Shown: positions 11,782-24,288, counted from the stretch's first letter. The stretch is 64,000 nucleotides of DNA from Octopus vulgaris (GCA_951406725.2 OX597820.1:35340001-35404000); one strand, 5' to 3'. The notes: generated from the sequence alone by a model not told the origin. Translations and numbers: made by a program.

Positions 11782-13435
11782 TATTAACCACAAGATTTAC
11801 ATTAAAAAAATATTATGGACAGTACAAGACAAAACAAAGAATGTGTGTGAATATTTTTGTGAGTTTGTGTTGTGAGGGTTTTGGGTGCAAACAAAACTAG
11901 CAAAATTATATATATATATATAAAGAAATCAACGATGTGTAATTCCCAATAGGGAGGAGACGTTCGAGGGCTGCTCATGGAAAAACCCCATAAAAACCAC
12001 TTTAGGAGCAGGTGCCCTTTTTCTTTCTTTTTTTCCAAGTACTGGCGTATGTTAAGACCAGGTCCGTTCACTTGCACCATTCTCGGCACTTCCTCCACCT
12101 TTCAGTAAACTGACCAGAAGATAACACTTTCCTCTCTATCCTTATTTTCCTTTTGAAGTGAAACTTGAAGAAATTTCACCTGGGATTGACCAAAGAGAAA
12201 AGTGTTTGTCTTCAGCCCCCACAATTTCGTAAACCATCCATACAACCTATTTGGCCATGGTCACCAGGCATATAAACACAGTTAAAGAAGGTGGCAGGGC
12301 AATCTTCACGGTGGATTCAATTGATAGTCAGATCCGTCACACATGCGACAACAGCTATTCGACATAAACCCACAAGTCAGAAATGGTCAGGCGCTGCTCG
12401 GCTGACGGCACTTCCGTGTCTGTAAAGTTTATTTCGAACAGGCAAAGCTCCCCGGAAGCACTGCCAGGCCAGAGATTTTGAAAATTATCCATCGGTCTCG
12501 GACCGAAAGTACTCCAGAAAACAGCGGTTAGCTGATTTTCTACGTCGCACTTTTCTTTCACTAATCTTCTATCACAGTGTCCGATTGGCAGAGGGCTGTG
12601 AGAGCTTGAAGACATTCCAGTTTCCCAATGCTTCTTCTCGGTCTGTTTTACCTAGGTCTGCGGTTCCGTTAAAGAAACTAGTAGCGGAAATACCCGTCTG
12701 GCGAACGGCGCCCATACTTGTTCACCGTCAAGAAAGCATTGGAGATGTCGTACGCTTAGCGCATGTCTGAGCATCATCAACCACGGCATGCCCAGGCCAC
12801 CACGCAGCGGGTGTTGACAGCAAATAGACCGCCTAACCACCGGGACGCGTCCCTACCACAACAAGTGGAAGAGTATACGTTCCAGCTTAATCAAACAGTG
12901 GCCGGGGCAAGGTACGACGGTCATGCGATAGTAGATGACGGGTGCGATGTACGTGTTATCCACCTCTGTCCGACCTTTCTGGGATAGCTTTCTCTTAGCC
13001 CATTTCTGGACGAGATTAGTCACCCTGCACGTTACTTCGTCCCAGTTTTTGTCCATCTGGAGGTTCGGATCGAACCAGACCCCGAACAATTTAACTAGTC
13101 TGTCCGTCCGGCGCCCAATGACGCTATTAGACGGTATGTACTTGCTTCTCCAGGTGCCGAGCCGCAAGCCCACTGATTTTTCCTGGTTAATCGTCGCTCC
13201 TGAAACCGCCACGTAGTCCCCGAAAGCGGTGCCGATCATTTCTGTGTTTATGATCCGACACCACTAAGGTGACGTCATCGGCATATGCCGACACGCATCT
13301 CCTACATCTTATGTCACGCGGGATGCCTCTCAACGCCTCCAGTTTGCGTAGTGGTGGCTCGAGAGTCAGTACATACAAGAAAGACGAGAGGGGGCAACAT
13401 TGCCGGACAGAGCGCATGATATTGATTTGAGAGGT
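11779..13435 (-). mobile_element. 5'-truncated Tx1/L1-clade LINE (RT C-terminal half to 3' end), frameshifted
   Basis: SVRQCCPLSSFLYVLTLEP, SAYADDVT, SGATINQEKS, KLFGVWF, KWAKRKLSQKGR, RGGLGMP; minus-strand AATAAA then (ATC)n tail. Confidence 0.92.
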
Positions 13436-13860
13436 GGCGATGATGAAGATGATGATGATGAGGAGGAGGAGGAAGATGATGATGATGATGATGATAACGG
13501 CGGCGGCGGCGGCGGCGGTGGTGGTGGTGGTGGTGGTGGTGGTGGTGGTGGTGGTGGCGACGGTGGTGTTGGTGATGATGATCACGAGGAGTAGGAGGAG
13601 GAGGATAGTGATCGTGTCGCTTGTGATGCCGATGACTATGATAACGGCAACGACGACGATGACGATGACGACAACGACGACGACAACGACGACGACGACG
13701 ACGACAACGACGACGACGACGACGATGATGATGATGAGGAGGAGGAGGAGGAGGATGATTGTAAAATGAATTATAATAGCGATAATAGTAATGATTATGG
13801 TATCAAAAATGTCAAAAACTACCACCACTACCACCACCACAGGCACCACCACAATCAAAA
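13436..13860. repeat. Compound trinucleotide low-complexity tract (GAT/GGC/GGT/GAC/GAG)
   Basis: Directly visible. Confidence 0.95.
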
Positions 13861-14132
13861 CTATGTTAATCAGAAATCAATTATTAATTACCTAATCATT
13901 CAACCATGAAGGGGTCAACCCCGAAATGCTTTATATCTTGCTCACTACATCATTCCTTCCACTCTTGTCAACTGCTTCATGATATACTGACGTCAGCAAC
14001 TCTGACGTCAACTCCCAAGAGAAGATCAATTGACAAATATCTATAGGCATTGATTACTTAGTGATCGATGGGACAAAAACAAAATAGCCGATGGCTCAGT
14101 GTGAAGATGTTGACGATGAAGACAACGATGAA

Positions 14133-14165
<33 letters not shown>

Positions 14166-14437
14166 TATAAGGGAAATTTTGTTGCTTATTGCTATCAATG
14201 TTGTGATTATTAAATCGATGTCGTTTCTTTTGTTTGTTGTTGTTTGCGTTGTTTGCATCATCATCATCATCATCATCATTATTATTATTATTATTATTAT
14301 TGTGTGTGGGGGGGTGTACACACGTACGCACGCTCAAACATGTACACATATATGAGAATGGTATGCTCAAGACAGCGTCTACAAATTTATTACTGATGTA
14401 TACAATATATACATATGTATATATACTATATACAATG

Positions 14438-14551
<114 letters not shown>

Positions 14552-15397
14552 CCACAAAATGTCACATATCAGAAGAGGTTTAATGAAAGTGTAGCAAAGC
14601 AAACGGTGGTGCTCCAGCATGGCTGCAGTCCTCAGGACTGAAACTGAAAAAAGAAAAAAAAATGTGTTTACAAATGCGTACACGTGCATGCACGTGTGTA
14701 CTCTGTCTCTGTCTGTCTGTCTGTCTCTCTCTCTCTGTCTCTCTCTTTCTCCCTCTCCCTCTTTCTCACACACACTCGCGCGCACAAAATAAATTTATTT
14801 ATAGTCATGTCACAATACCTTTGTGAAACGAACATTTCTCTTTCAAAGTCCCACGAGTTGTCTGTCGGCTTTATCAGAAGCGCTAGAGCACAAGAGGATT
14901 AAATACATTAATCTTGATCCCGTTTTCACTGAGCCAAGACAACCAGGCAAAAAAATTTTTTTTTTAAACTATGAAATTTCCCTTGAGTTCGATTTTCGAT
15001 TTTAATTTTTGTTTTACGTGTATCAATAATCCAAGGAAGGTGGGTTGTTAAAATAAAATACATTCCTCTAAATATATGCACAGGATTGTTCCGTAAACTG
15101 TTGACATTCTTCTGCAAGACATTTCCTCTTATTTTAAATTAAGAAACTATACATTACATTTTGCACTTTAAGTCAAGAAAATCCAACCTCCACTTTCTCT
15201 GTAGTTTCTTTTATTTTATTCTTTCATCTCAGTGGGGAACACGGGTGGATTATTCTACGTTGGCGTTATTCTACATTGGAATGAGCCCAAAACACAAGTC
15301 ACGTTCCGTCTCTTGCATTGAAGTCAGGTGTGTAAATTTCCTGTGGGATATAAGGGGGAAAATTATTCTTCCAAGATCACGCGACATACACGCGCGC

Positions 15398-15441
<44 letters not shown>

Positions 15442-15504
15442 CACACACACACACATGTAAACATGCATGTATAAATTAATACACACAAACACACACACAT
15501 ACAC

Positions 15505-15545
<41 letters not shown>

Positions 15546-15567
15546 TATATATATATATATTATTTTA

Positions 15568-15785
15568 ATTGTTTCAGTCATTTGACAGTGGCCATGCTGG
15601 GGCCCCGCCTTTAGTCGAGCAAATCGACCCCAGGACTTATTCTTTCAAAGCCTAGTACTGATTCTATCGGTCCCTTTTGCCGAACTGCTAAGTTACGGGG
15701 ACGTAAACGCACCAGCATCGGTTGTCAAGCGATGGTGGGGAGACGATTACAGACACACAAACATACACACGCACATACACTTATA
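15568..15785 (-). mobile_element. SINE family A, 3' half
   Basis: tgtttcagtcatttgacagtggccatgctgg...ccgcctttagtcgagcaaatcgacccc...ccagcatcggttgtcaagc. Confidence 0.9.
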
Positions 15786-15874
15786 CGTACATATATATAT
15801 ATATAACGTGATCACGTGGCCGACCAGATTATCAGGTGTTGTTACACATCGCTGTTTACAGTCCACTCTCGCAT

Positions 15875-16021
15875 TGGTAAGTAGCTTGTTTACCAACCAC
15901 ATGGTTCCGGGTTCAGTCCCACTGCGTGGCACCTTGGGCAAGTGTCTTCTACTATAGCCACGGGCCGACCAAAGCCTTGTGAGTGGATTTGGTAGACGGA
16001 AACTGAAAGAAGCCCGTCGTA

Positions 16022-16119
<98 letters not shown>

Positions 16120-16328
16120 TGTGTCTGTGTTTGTCCCCCTAGCATTGCTTGACAACCGATGCTGGTGTGTTTATGTCCCCGTCACTTAGCGGTTCAGCAA
16201 AAGAGCCCGATAGAATAAGTATTGGGCTTACAAAGAATAAGTCCCGGGGTCGAGTTGCTCGATTAAAAAATAAGGCGGTGCTCCAGCATGGCCGCAGTCA
16301 AATGACTGAAACAAGTAAAAGAGTAAAA
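15875..16328 (+). mobile_element. SINE family A, near full length
   Basis: ggtaagtagcttg...ccgggttcagtcccactgcgtggcaccttgggcaagtgtcttctactatagcc (CORE-like)...ggcggtgctccagcatggccgcagtcaaatgactgaaacaagtaaaa. Confidence 0.95.
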
Positions 16329-16330
16329 CA

Positions 16331-16365
<35 letters not shown>

Positions 16366-17234
16366 TATACACACATATATATATACACATATATAATGTA
16401 TGAATATATATGCGTGTGTGTACGTGTGTATGTGTATGTGTATTCAACATAGTTGTGTGGTTGTGGAGCGTGGTTTATAGTTACATGGTAACTATACATG
16501 CGAATGTAATCTGGAACACGGTCATTTCGTTGAAGCTCTAAGACAGCGAGATGGCAGAAACGTTAGCACGCCGGGCGAAATGCATATTAAAATAAATTCG
16601 TTTGAAATTTCAAGGTTTTTCCATTATTTTGTCCAATCCGTGTATATATCAAAACCGGTATTAATTTAACACTTGAAGGAGGCGAAAGGCTCTTAATATT
16701 TTCGTCGTTAGTGCTTCTTCAGAAGTAGGAGAAATGTTTATGGGAGTGAGAGTGAGAAGCAGTAAAGTGGATGACAAAAAGAAAAAAAAAACGGGTGACG
16801 GTTTAGAAGCCGAGTGGGAATGGACGTTAAGAAGTGAGAAGAGACGAGTGTGCTTGTGCATGTATAGTAGTGTATCCGTGTTTGGAGATAAGTATATTGG
16901 GTAAAAACTACAAAATAAGAACTGAACTGTGAAGTAATTCTCGAAATATCACGATATCGTGGAAGGATTCCCTTAGATAAAAACAATACAATTTTTTTAA
17001 GTAGCATATTTGAAATTCCTGCTTTCAGTTTATGCTGCGTGGCTTCGTATATATTTAGGCGCCTATGTTTTTATATATGTGTAAATGTATGTATGTATGT
17101 ATGTATGTATTATGTACGTATGTATGTATGTATGTATGTATCTATTCTTTTATGCTTTTCAGCCTAGTGTATGTGACCGTACTTAGACAGCGCCAGTACC
17201 ATCACCGTTTCAATGGCCATATCTATGTGTTTGG

Positions 17235-18610
17235 TATTGGCACATGAAAAATTCTGATATTGCTGCCTTCGTTTGAGTTTCTTGCCGTGATGTAGGTTGA
17301 TCTGAGATGTTAGATTGCAAAAAGTCAATGTGCTTCTTAAAAATATCTATCCCCACTCCATGTAAATCTCTCAGATTTTTAGCATGATATTAAAAAGCTG
17401 TGTGTCTTTGAATCCCGAACTATTGCAGTACCCACTCCTTACTATAGATGGGATGGCTGAGACATTTGGAATAGTAGCGTTCGTGAACGGGGTTTGGTAT
17501 AACTCACGATGCCAATATTTGATGCTAATCCCTCTAAGATCTTATACATGTATGTCTCTGCATATCTCTCCCTAATTCGCTCCAGAAAGTAGAGACGTAA
17601 TTTCTCCAGTCTCTGCCTGTAGCTCAAGTAATACACTTGGAGTAGCACCACCTCAGCTACTTCAAGTTCTATTTATATTGACACTGTGGCTGGCAATATT
17701 TGAGATTCAGTAATCCAGACAACCAGTATAGTTTTCTGGTCCCTTGATCTAAAAGTTTTCAGAACCCATCCAGCCATTCACCTGCACATTACTACCATCT
17801 TGGTGATATGTACATGAAACGATGAATAGTTACTCATATCAATCCCCAAATCATGCATTGTTCGACTCTGGAATTGCCGCTTCATTTGGTCCAAAGGATC
17901 TTTGTTGTGGCATATTAGCATAAACTGGCTAATAGCAAATGGCGTGGAATTTTCCTGCGTTAAATTGCGTGTTATTTTCTTCAGTCCATTTATATATGGC
18001 ACCTAGATCTTTCCGTAGAAGATTAGAACCGAGAGGATTTTTGACTGCTTCTGCTACTTTTGTGTCATTGACATAGCTTGTAAGAGTGGCTGCTTGTATA
18101 ACGACGGCATGTTAGATATGCCATCACAAAGAGCAGCAGTCCCGAGACAGTTCCCTGCGACACTCCACACGCTATTAATTTCTACTTGAAGAGGGTTACA
18201 TTGGCTGCTACAGTCTGGGTTCCATCTTTTAAGAAGGCATTCTTTTAAATAGCCATTCGCAGCTTACGACAGATCATCTTACGATCAACCTTATCAAAAA
18301 CCTTTGCAAAATCATGATATATTATATTCACGTCTGAGCGATTCATAAGTTCTTTCAACACCCAAACATAATGCTGTAGAGGATGTGCAATACAGGTCCT
18401 TACTGAGCAGAAGTCGTGCTGGGTGTTAGGAGCATCTCAATATCTTCTAAGAACGTGAGATTAGAGAGACATACCTATAATTTTTAGCACCTACTTTCTT
18501 CCTCCTTCATGGACAAGGGAGTCTACCACTTCCAAAGGAACTTTGGAAGAGATTCTGCTGTAGTCTTGCTTAAGCCTCTTTGTATTTTGTGGAGAGGATT
18601 TGTGAGAATC
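17235..18610 (-). mobile_element. Decayed CR1-clade LINE (RT domain and 3' region)
   Basis: NIIYHDFAKVFDKVD (DVIYLDFAKAFDKV motif), GVSQGTV (GVPQGSV), SYVNDTKV (YADDTK), LSYRQRLEKLRLYFLERIRER, YKILEGL. Confidence 0.88.
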
Positions 18611-18944
18611 AATAGCTGATATGTGATCTGGTAGCCTCAGTGGTGTCAATGACGAGTGATTTATATCCAGCTAGCGATGCAAACAAGAGTGCTTATGTGC
18701 ACCAAAACGCCCATATGAGAGGTTCTCTCATGGCAACTATCTCAGTATTCCATATTCTAACAGTCTAACATAACATCCACTTTCAAGTGGGGATAAATAT
18801 TACTTTTTACCATTAATACTGCTCCTGTCGCTAATAATTATTATTCAATAGTGAGATATATATAATATATATATATATATATACATACATATACATGTAT
18901 ACATACATGCATACATGCATGCATACATACACACACACACACAT

Positions 18945-18970
<26 letters not shown>

Positions 18971-18976
<6 letters not shown>

Positions 18977-19234
18977 TAAAAATGGGGAAGCCGGTTTATG
19001 GGATTAGCTTAGGTTTCGCGTCCATGACCTTTAAAAAAAGATTGAGGGGGAAATGGGTAACAAATGGGTATTATCTCTCAACCTTTGAGTAGTGAGACAC
19101 CCCCCCCCCATATTTTTAAGAGGTCATGGGCCAACAGGCTTTAGGGTTCTGACGATACGTCATAAAGCTAAACCCTTTATGGACGGGAAACCTAAGGTAA
19201 TCCCATAAACCGGCCTTCCCCATTTTAAATATAT
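18971..19234. mobile_element. Fold-back element (arms 18971-19025 and 19179-19234) in (AT)n, Penelope-like pseudo-LTR
   Basis: ~55 bp inverted arms with about four differences; contains a hammerhead motif. Confidence 0.75.
19143..19204 (+). ncRNA. Type I hammerhead ribozyme motif
   Basis: gggtt-CTGACGA-ta-cgtcataaag/ctaaacc/ctttatggacg-g-GAAA-cctaagGTA-atccc: core boxes, ~10-bp stem II, near-palindromic stem III ACCTAAGGT, GUA cleavage triplet, stem I ggg/ccc. Confidence 0.7.
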
Positions 19235-19324
19235 ATTGCTCTACACCTTAGAGTTTAACCGCGCGATCGAGTATTCAGTCCGATTATTTCTATGTCCCCG
19301 CGCATGATCCAGCCTTAATACATT

Positions 19325-19472
19325 TATTGGATGGCCGTTGACTCTCAAGAATTCCTCCGCCCTTTTTTTTTACGGGTTTTGTTTTTCATCCCGCAGGGTG
19401 TCCAATAAACACCCTCCTCACCAAGCAAGCTTGGTGGGGTTGCCGCTTTAGTCGCCGACGACCCGACCATGC
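19325..19472 (-). mobile_element. Probable RTE 5'UTR fragment, strongly structured
   Basis: Minus strand GGTCGGGTCGTCGGCGACTAAAGCGGCAACCCC resembles recalled RTE 5'UTRs; hairpins agggtgt/acaccct and cctcaccaagc/gcttggtgggg. Confidence 0.4.
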
Positions 19473-19749
19473 ATACATACATACATACATACATACATAC
19501 ATACATACATACATACATACATACATACATACATACATACGTATATACATACATATATGCATACATACATATATATATACATATATGCATACAGACGTAC
19601 GAAAAGTCCGTGCTGCAGCACGGACTTTGTATATATAGCGACGAAAATATTTTGACAAATTAAATAAATATATATATAAACATCCCACGCTGCAATGTTT
19701 TCGTTTCAGCACACGATCAGATCAAATTACTTGCTATAGTACATCTCCG

Positions 19750-19813
<64 letters not shown>

Positions 19814-19831
19814 TTATACATACATGCATAC

Positions 19832-19863
<32 letters not shown>

Positions 19864-20586
19864 TTATACATACATGCATACATACATACATACATAGCAG
19901 TTCGAATCAGCTACAATGTGGGTACTAAGCTACATCTATCGATATTCATGCGTTGCCGAAGATCGCGTGACTCAAGTCTCAAGAGGAGAATCATTTTTTT
20001 TTTCCTTCCTCCGTATACATATCCCCACTGGAGAATTACACCTGACTTCAAAGTAAATAAAGGAACGTGACACGCATCTTGGCCTCAGCCTAACGTGACA
20101 TAATGCCATCCACCTACCTACCCTCTAAACCGAGCGGAGAGGATCAAATGCATGCAACCACAAGCAAAATGGGGGGTCAGTCAGTTGATTTAAAGTACAA
20201 CATATAGATTAAAATTTCTTTAATAGACATAAGACGAAATTTCTAGTGAAGAATGTCTGTTGTTTATCCTTTATATGTTTCACTGGTATTTTCTGAATAT
20301 AATCTCACAGACAAACCCTTCGACCATTGAGGAATGTAAAACTAAAAAGAAAATCGAACTCCAGGGAATTCTTAACGGCTTCGGTTTTTGTTGTTTATAT
20401 TCGTCTCAACCCAGTGTAAACGCGGCTAATATTAATGTTTTTTATTCTCTAGTGTTTGAATGTTTTTCAGATAAATCTCACATCCCGTGGGACATCGAAG
20501 GAGAAATGTTTATGTCAAGTGGGTATTGCGACATGACTACAAATAAATGTTTTTGTGTGTGCATGTGAGTATGCGTGTGTGTGTGC

Positions 20587-20636
<50 letters not shown>

Positions 20637-20817
20637 GTGTGTCTGAGTGTATGAAGTGGTTGGTGGGATTCTGTCATCTAGTGTCGTTCACTGTCATCTA
20701 GTGTCGTTCACTCGGCACGTGTTTGCACGTGGACGCGTGTAGACACAGATATCCACGTATATATACTCTCCGTCTTCTTTTACGTCTGTCTGCCTGCCTA
20801 TCTCGCCATACATTCAA

Positions 20818-20864
<47 letters not shown>

Positions 20865-20889
20865 TGTGTGTGTGTGCGTGTGCGTGTGC

Positions 20890-20955
<66 letters not shown>

Positions 20956-20974
20956 ATATATCTATACGAGTATA

Positions 20975-21140
20975 GGCGCAGGGGTAGCTCTGTGATAAGA
21001 AGCTTCCTTCCCAAATACATGGCTCCGGGTACAGTCTCACTGCGTGGCACCTTAGGCAAGTGTCTTCTACTATAGCGTTGGGTCGACCAAAGCCTTGTAA
21101 GTGGATCTGGTAGATGAAATCTAAAAGAAGCCCGTCGTTT
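20975..21140 (+). mobile_element. SINE family A, 5' half
   Basis: ggcgcaggggtagctctgtgataagaagctt...ctgcgtggcaccttaggcaagtgtcttctactatagc. Confidence 0.9.
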
Positions 21141-21180
21141 ATAGTGTACACACACACATATATATATATATATACATACA

Positions 21181-21390
21181 TAGTTAATCCAAACAGGACC
21201 AAGCAAGGAAAAGCAACAACGCGAGGACGTGGAACAAGTACAGTGTTATTGGACGCTCAAGAAAGGAAAGAAAAGAAAGAGGATTTCACGTTTCGAGCGG
21301 AGCTCTTCTTCGTCAGAAATATAGAAAAAAGTTCAAAGAAGGGAAGATGGAGAAAGAAAATCGCCAACGTTACACACGCGGTCACAAATT
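21181..21390 (-). mobile_element. Penelope-like pseudo-LTR with minimal hammerhead (21281-21320)
   Basis: Minus strand CTGACGA-agaa-GAGC-tcc-GCTC-GAAA-CGTG; element end tagttaatccaaaca abuts (AT)/(ATAC)n. Confidence 0.7.
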
Positions 21391-21759
21391 TAACCTCGTG
21401 AAGGGATGGTTGCATCCAAGGAAATATTGATTCAATACCTAGTATTGTTGGGGAATGAAATTTCCTTAAAACAATAGGTATATATTAAGAATATAGTTTA
21501 TATCCAGTTAAAAGAAGTAAAGAAAATGGAGATAAGGAAGTTATTGACCAATTTGTTAAGTTAATAATATATATATATATTAATCAATGAAATTCTACCT
21601 TAGTCTGATTTTCACGTTTTATCATTTGCAATTTTTACAATTTTATAGTATTGAAGTAAACCAGTACTTTCATGCATTATGAAATTATCAGGTTTAAGTA
21701 GTGACAGCCGTGGTCCGCATTTGACAACTATAGCGAAACAGTTGGACTTTAAATAGCTC

Positions 21760-21988
21760 TTTCTTTACTACCCACAAGGGGCTAAACATAGAGGGGACGA
21801 ACAAGGACAGACAAACGGATTAAATCGATTACATCGACCACAGTGCGTAACTGGTACTTAATTTATCGACCCCGAAAGGATGAAAGGCAAAGTCGACCTC
21901 GGCGGAATTCGAACTCAGAACATAGCGGCAGACGAAATACCGCTAAGCATTTCGCCCGGCGTGCTAACGATTCTGCCAGCTCGCCACC
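21760..21988 (-). mobile_element. SINE family B monomer with tail type A
   Basis: Full head and core; tail tttctttactacccacaaggggctaaacatagaggggac on the + strand. Confidence 0.95.
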
Positions 21989-23234
21989 GTCCGATAGACT
22001 CCAGAAGGCTGAATCTTACGAACGGTATTTTGACCACTCAGCATGCCGTTTAGACGTCACGGTTTGGTGGGCATGCCAAGGATTCTTTTCTTTGACTGCA
22101 CCTAAAGAAATATATGTTTGGCTATATTTTGGAATGTTGTAAACAACATTCCTGTTTCCATTGAATTCTGTTGTTACTCCAGAACTGTTTATATTTCAGT
22201 CGAGTCAATGTTCATTTGGTCATCCTTACTACCATTCACTAACATTGGCGGCGGTGGTAGCAATAGTATTTATCATTATTATCAGCGTTACTATAACTGT
22301 CCATTTAGAACGGGTTTAAATTTATCAATAAAATGTCAGCTCATTACAACTGTTTCTTAGGCATTTTTCTTAATAGAAGAATGATAACATTATTCCATTA
22401 CAAAAAACCGTAATCATCAAATGAAACGTAATTTTACAAACAAAAGAATATCCCAAGAATACAGCAGGGATGTAGCTGAAGTCTGTTGAGGCCGACTTTG
22501 AAATGAGAGAATGACCAACGAAGTTGGTCGTTGTGGGCATTAATGGGAGGGATTATGTTAAGAATATAATTTGTGAAAGGGTGTAATATGATGTTTAAGG
22601 TCAGCGACCCGAGTAAGATAGGAGTGTGGTAGACTGATTATTTGGTAGGCTAGAGTGGCGTGTAGGTGATACTTTATTAAAGTAGGCTTAGAGGAGTGAG
22701 TAGGTGGGAGAGAACCGAAGATAAGTTAAGGATAAAGAATAAAGAGACCAAAGAAAGCAAAAAATAGAAATAAAGAAGAATAAATGCTTAAATAAAGCCA
22801 ATTAAGCACAGGGTCGGGAACTCGCTAGTTAAGGCTAAATAACAAAGGGAGAAGGACAGGGATACACAGAATTTAGGAGTATTCTGTGAATATAGGTTGA
22901 ATGTCGGAGGTGGTGGGTACGAAGGTAATCGAATAATAAGATCTAACTTTTAAGGAATTGTAGTGTTATGCGCAATCGATTTATCTGGTAAAATGAAAAG
23001 ATGTAGGGTGTTGTTTTAGATACGAATATATTATAAGGATTAGTGGGGACCGCTTGTTGTATCAGGCTATGGTTGCCTGGCGAGGAAAAACCTGTTAGTA
23101 ATAGTAGAGTGCTACTTATCGTAAAGGAGTTTTAAAAAAGGTTGCTATATAGTAAACTACACCTAGTAACGAGTTAAAGGATATACCAGATCGGATATCA
23201 AAAAAAGCCAGCAGTAGGAAGTAGTTTAATTTCT

Positions 23235-23340
23235 TTTTTCTTTTACTCTTTTATTTGTTTCAGTTATTTGACTGCGGCCATTCTGGAGCACCGCTTTTAG
23301 TCGAGCAAATCGACCCCAGGACTTATTCTCTGTAAGCCTA
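23235..23340 (-). mobile_element. SINE family A, 3' end
   Basis: tgtttcagttatttgactgcggccattctggagcaccgcttttagtcgagcaaatcgacccc. Confidence 0.85.
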
Positions 23341-23842
23341 GATATCTTTGCTATCACTAATGAATAATACTGGCTACACCACAAATAGAATGGTTAGTTC
23401 CTTCAGAATAGCATACCATGTAATGGAGTAATGTTCTCATTCTTCTGTTAAAAAAATGTGTAAGAAACAGCTGCAATGAGCTGACAGTTATCCATCATCT
23501 GTTATTATTCATTTAATTATAATACATCAAGATGATTTACGACTTGTCGGACACCATAGAGTATAGCAACAACGTACAATTCAGCGTAACGCGTACTTTG
23601 GGCCAGCTTCTAGGTGCTACATACTAATAGGGTTGGTTTTCTCTGTGTACACAACCGGAATATCCTATTTGACACTTACCAACCATAGGCTGGAACCACA
23701 AGTTTATCCAACCCTACCTGGTGCATATTTTTCCAAGTACCTGATTTTATCTGAATCCTTATTTTACAATATATATATATATACATACACAGAGAGAGAG
23801 AGAGGGCGAGAGAGAGAGAGAGAGAGAAAGAGAAAAGACTAT

Positions 23843-24260
23843 TTGCCAACGTAAAGTGGCAGTCCTGATTAGGACGGTGTTACTACCTTTTTTAGCCACA
23901 GGAAAACATCTCTAACTGGCTATCGACGCACAACTGCGAACAAGGGAGCTAATGTCTCCACTCAGCCTTAAATGGTATCTCCGGTCCAATGATTTCTGGG
24001 TTATTTCTCTTCATGGGCATAGGATAACCTTGGAGAGATGGCAGCACGAGGCCTTCCTCAAGGTATATAGTTTTAAAGCGACACTCAGTTATTGATCTCG
24101 TAAGGAGAAAAACGATTAATTTTAAATCTCTGAGCGAGAAATAAGATGTAACAGTACTACAGAGTAAAGTCTAATTGCCAACGTAAAGTAGTAGTCTTGA
24201 TGAAGGCGGTACTGCTACTTTTTTCGGCCCTAGGAAAACATCTCTTTTCCAGCTGGCTAA
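23843..24260. mobile_element. Partial tandem (period ~333 bp) of a structured repeat; relatives at 25915-26070 and 56388-56677
   Basis: ttgccaacgtaaagt...gccMYaggaaaacatctct...ctggcta occurs at ~23843 and ~24176; degenerate hammerhead-like TGAAGA...GAAA on the minus strand at ~23990-24015. Confidence 0.6.
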
Positions 24261-24288
24261 AATATCTTATATACTATACATACATATA

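Noticed and set aside
13187-13858. 223-aa ORF as a membrane-anchored reverse transcriptase fusion
   Set aside because: The hydrophobic N-terminus is trinucleotide repeat read in frame by chance into a truncated, frameshifted Tx1 RT.
20471-20564. EGF-like exon GYCDMTTNKCFC with AG and GTGAGT boundaries
   Set aside because: The last cysteines come from the start of a (GT)n tract, the upstream EGF cysteines are missing, and there are no partner exons.
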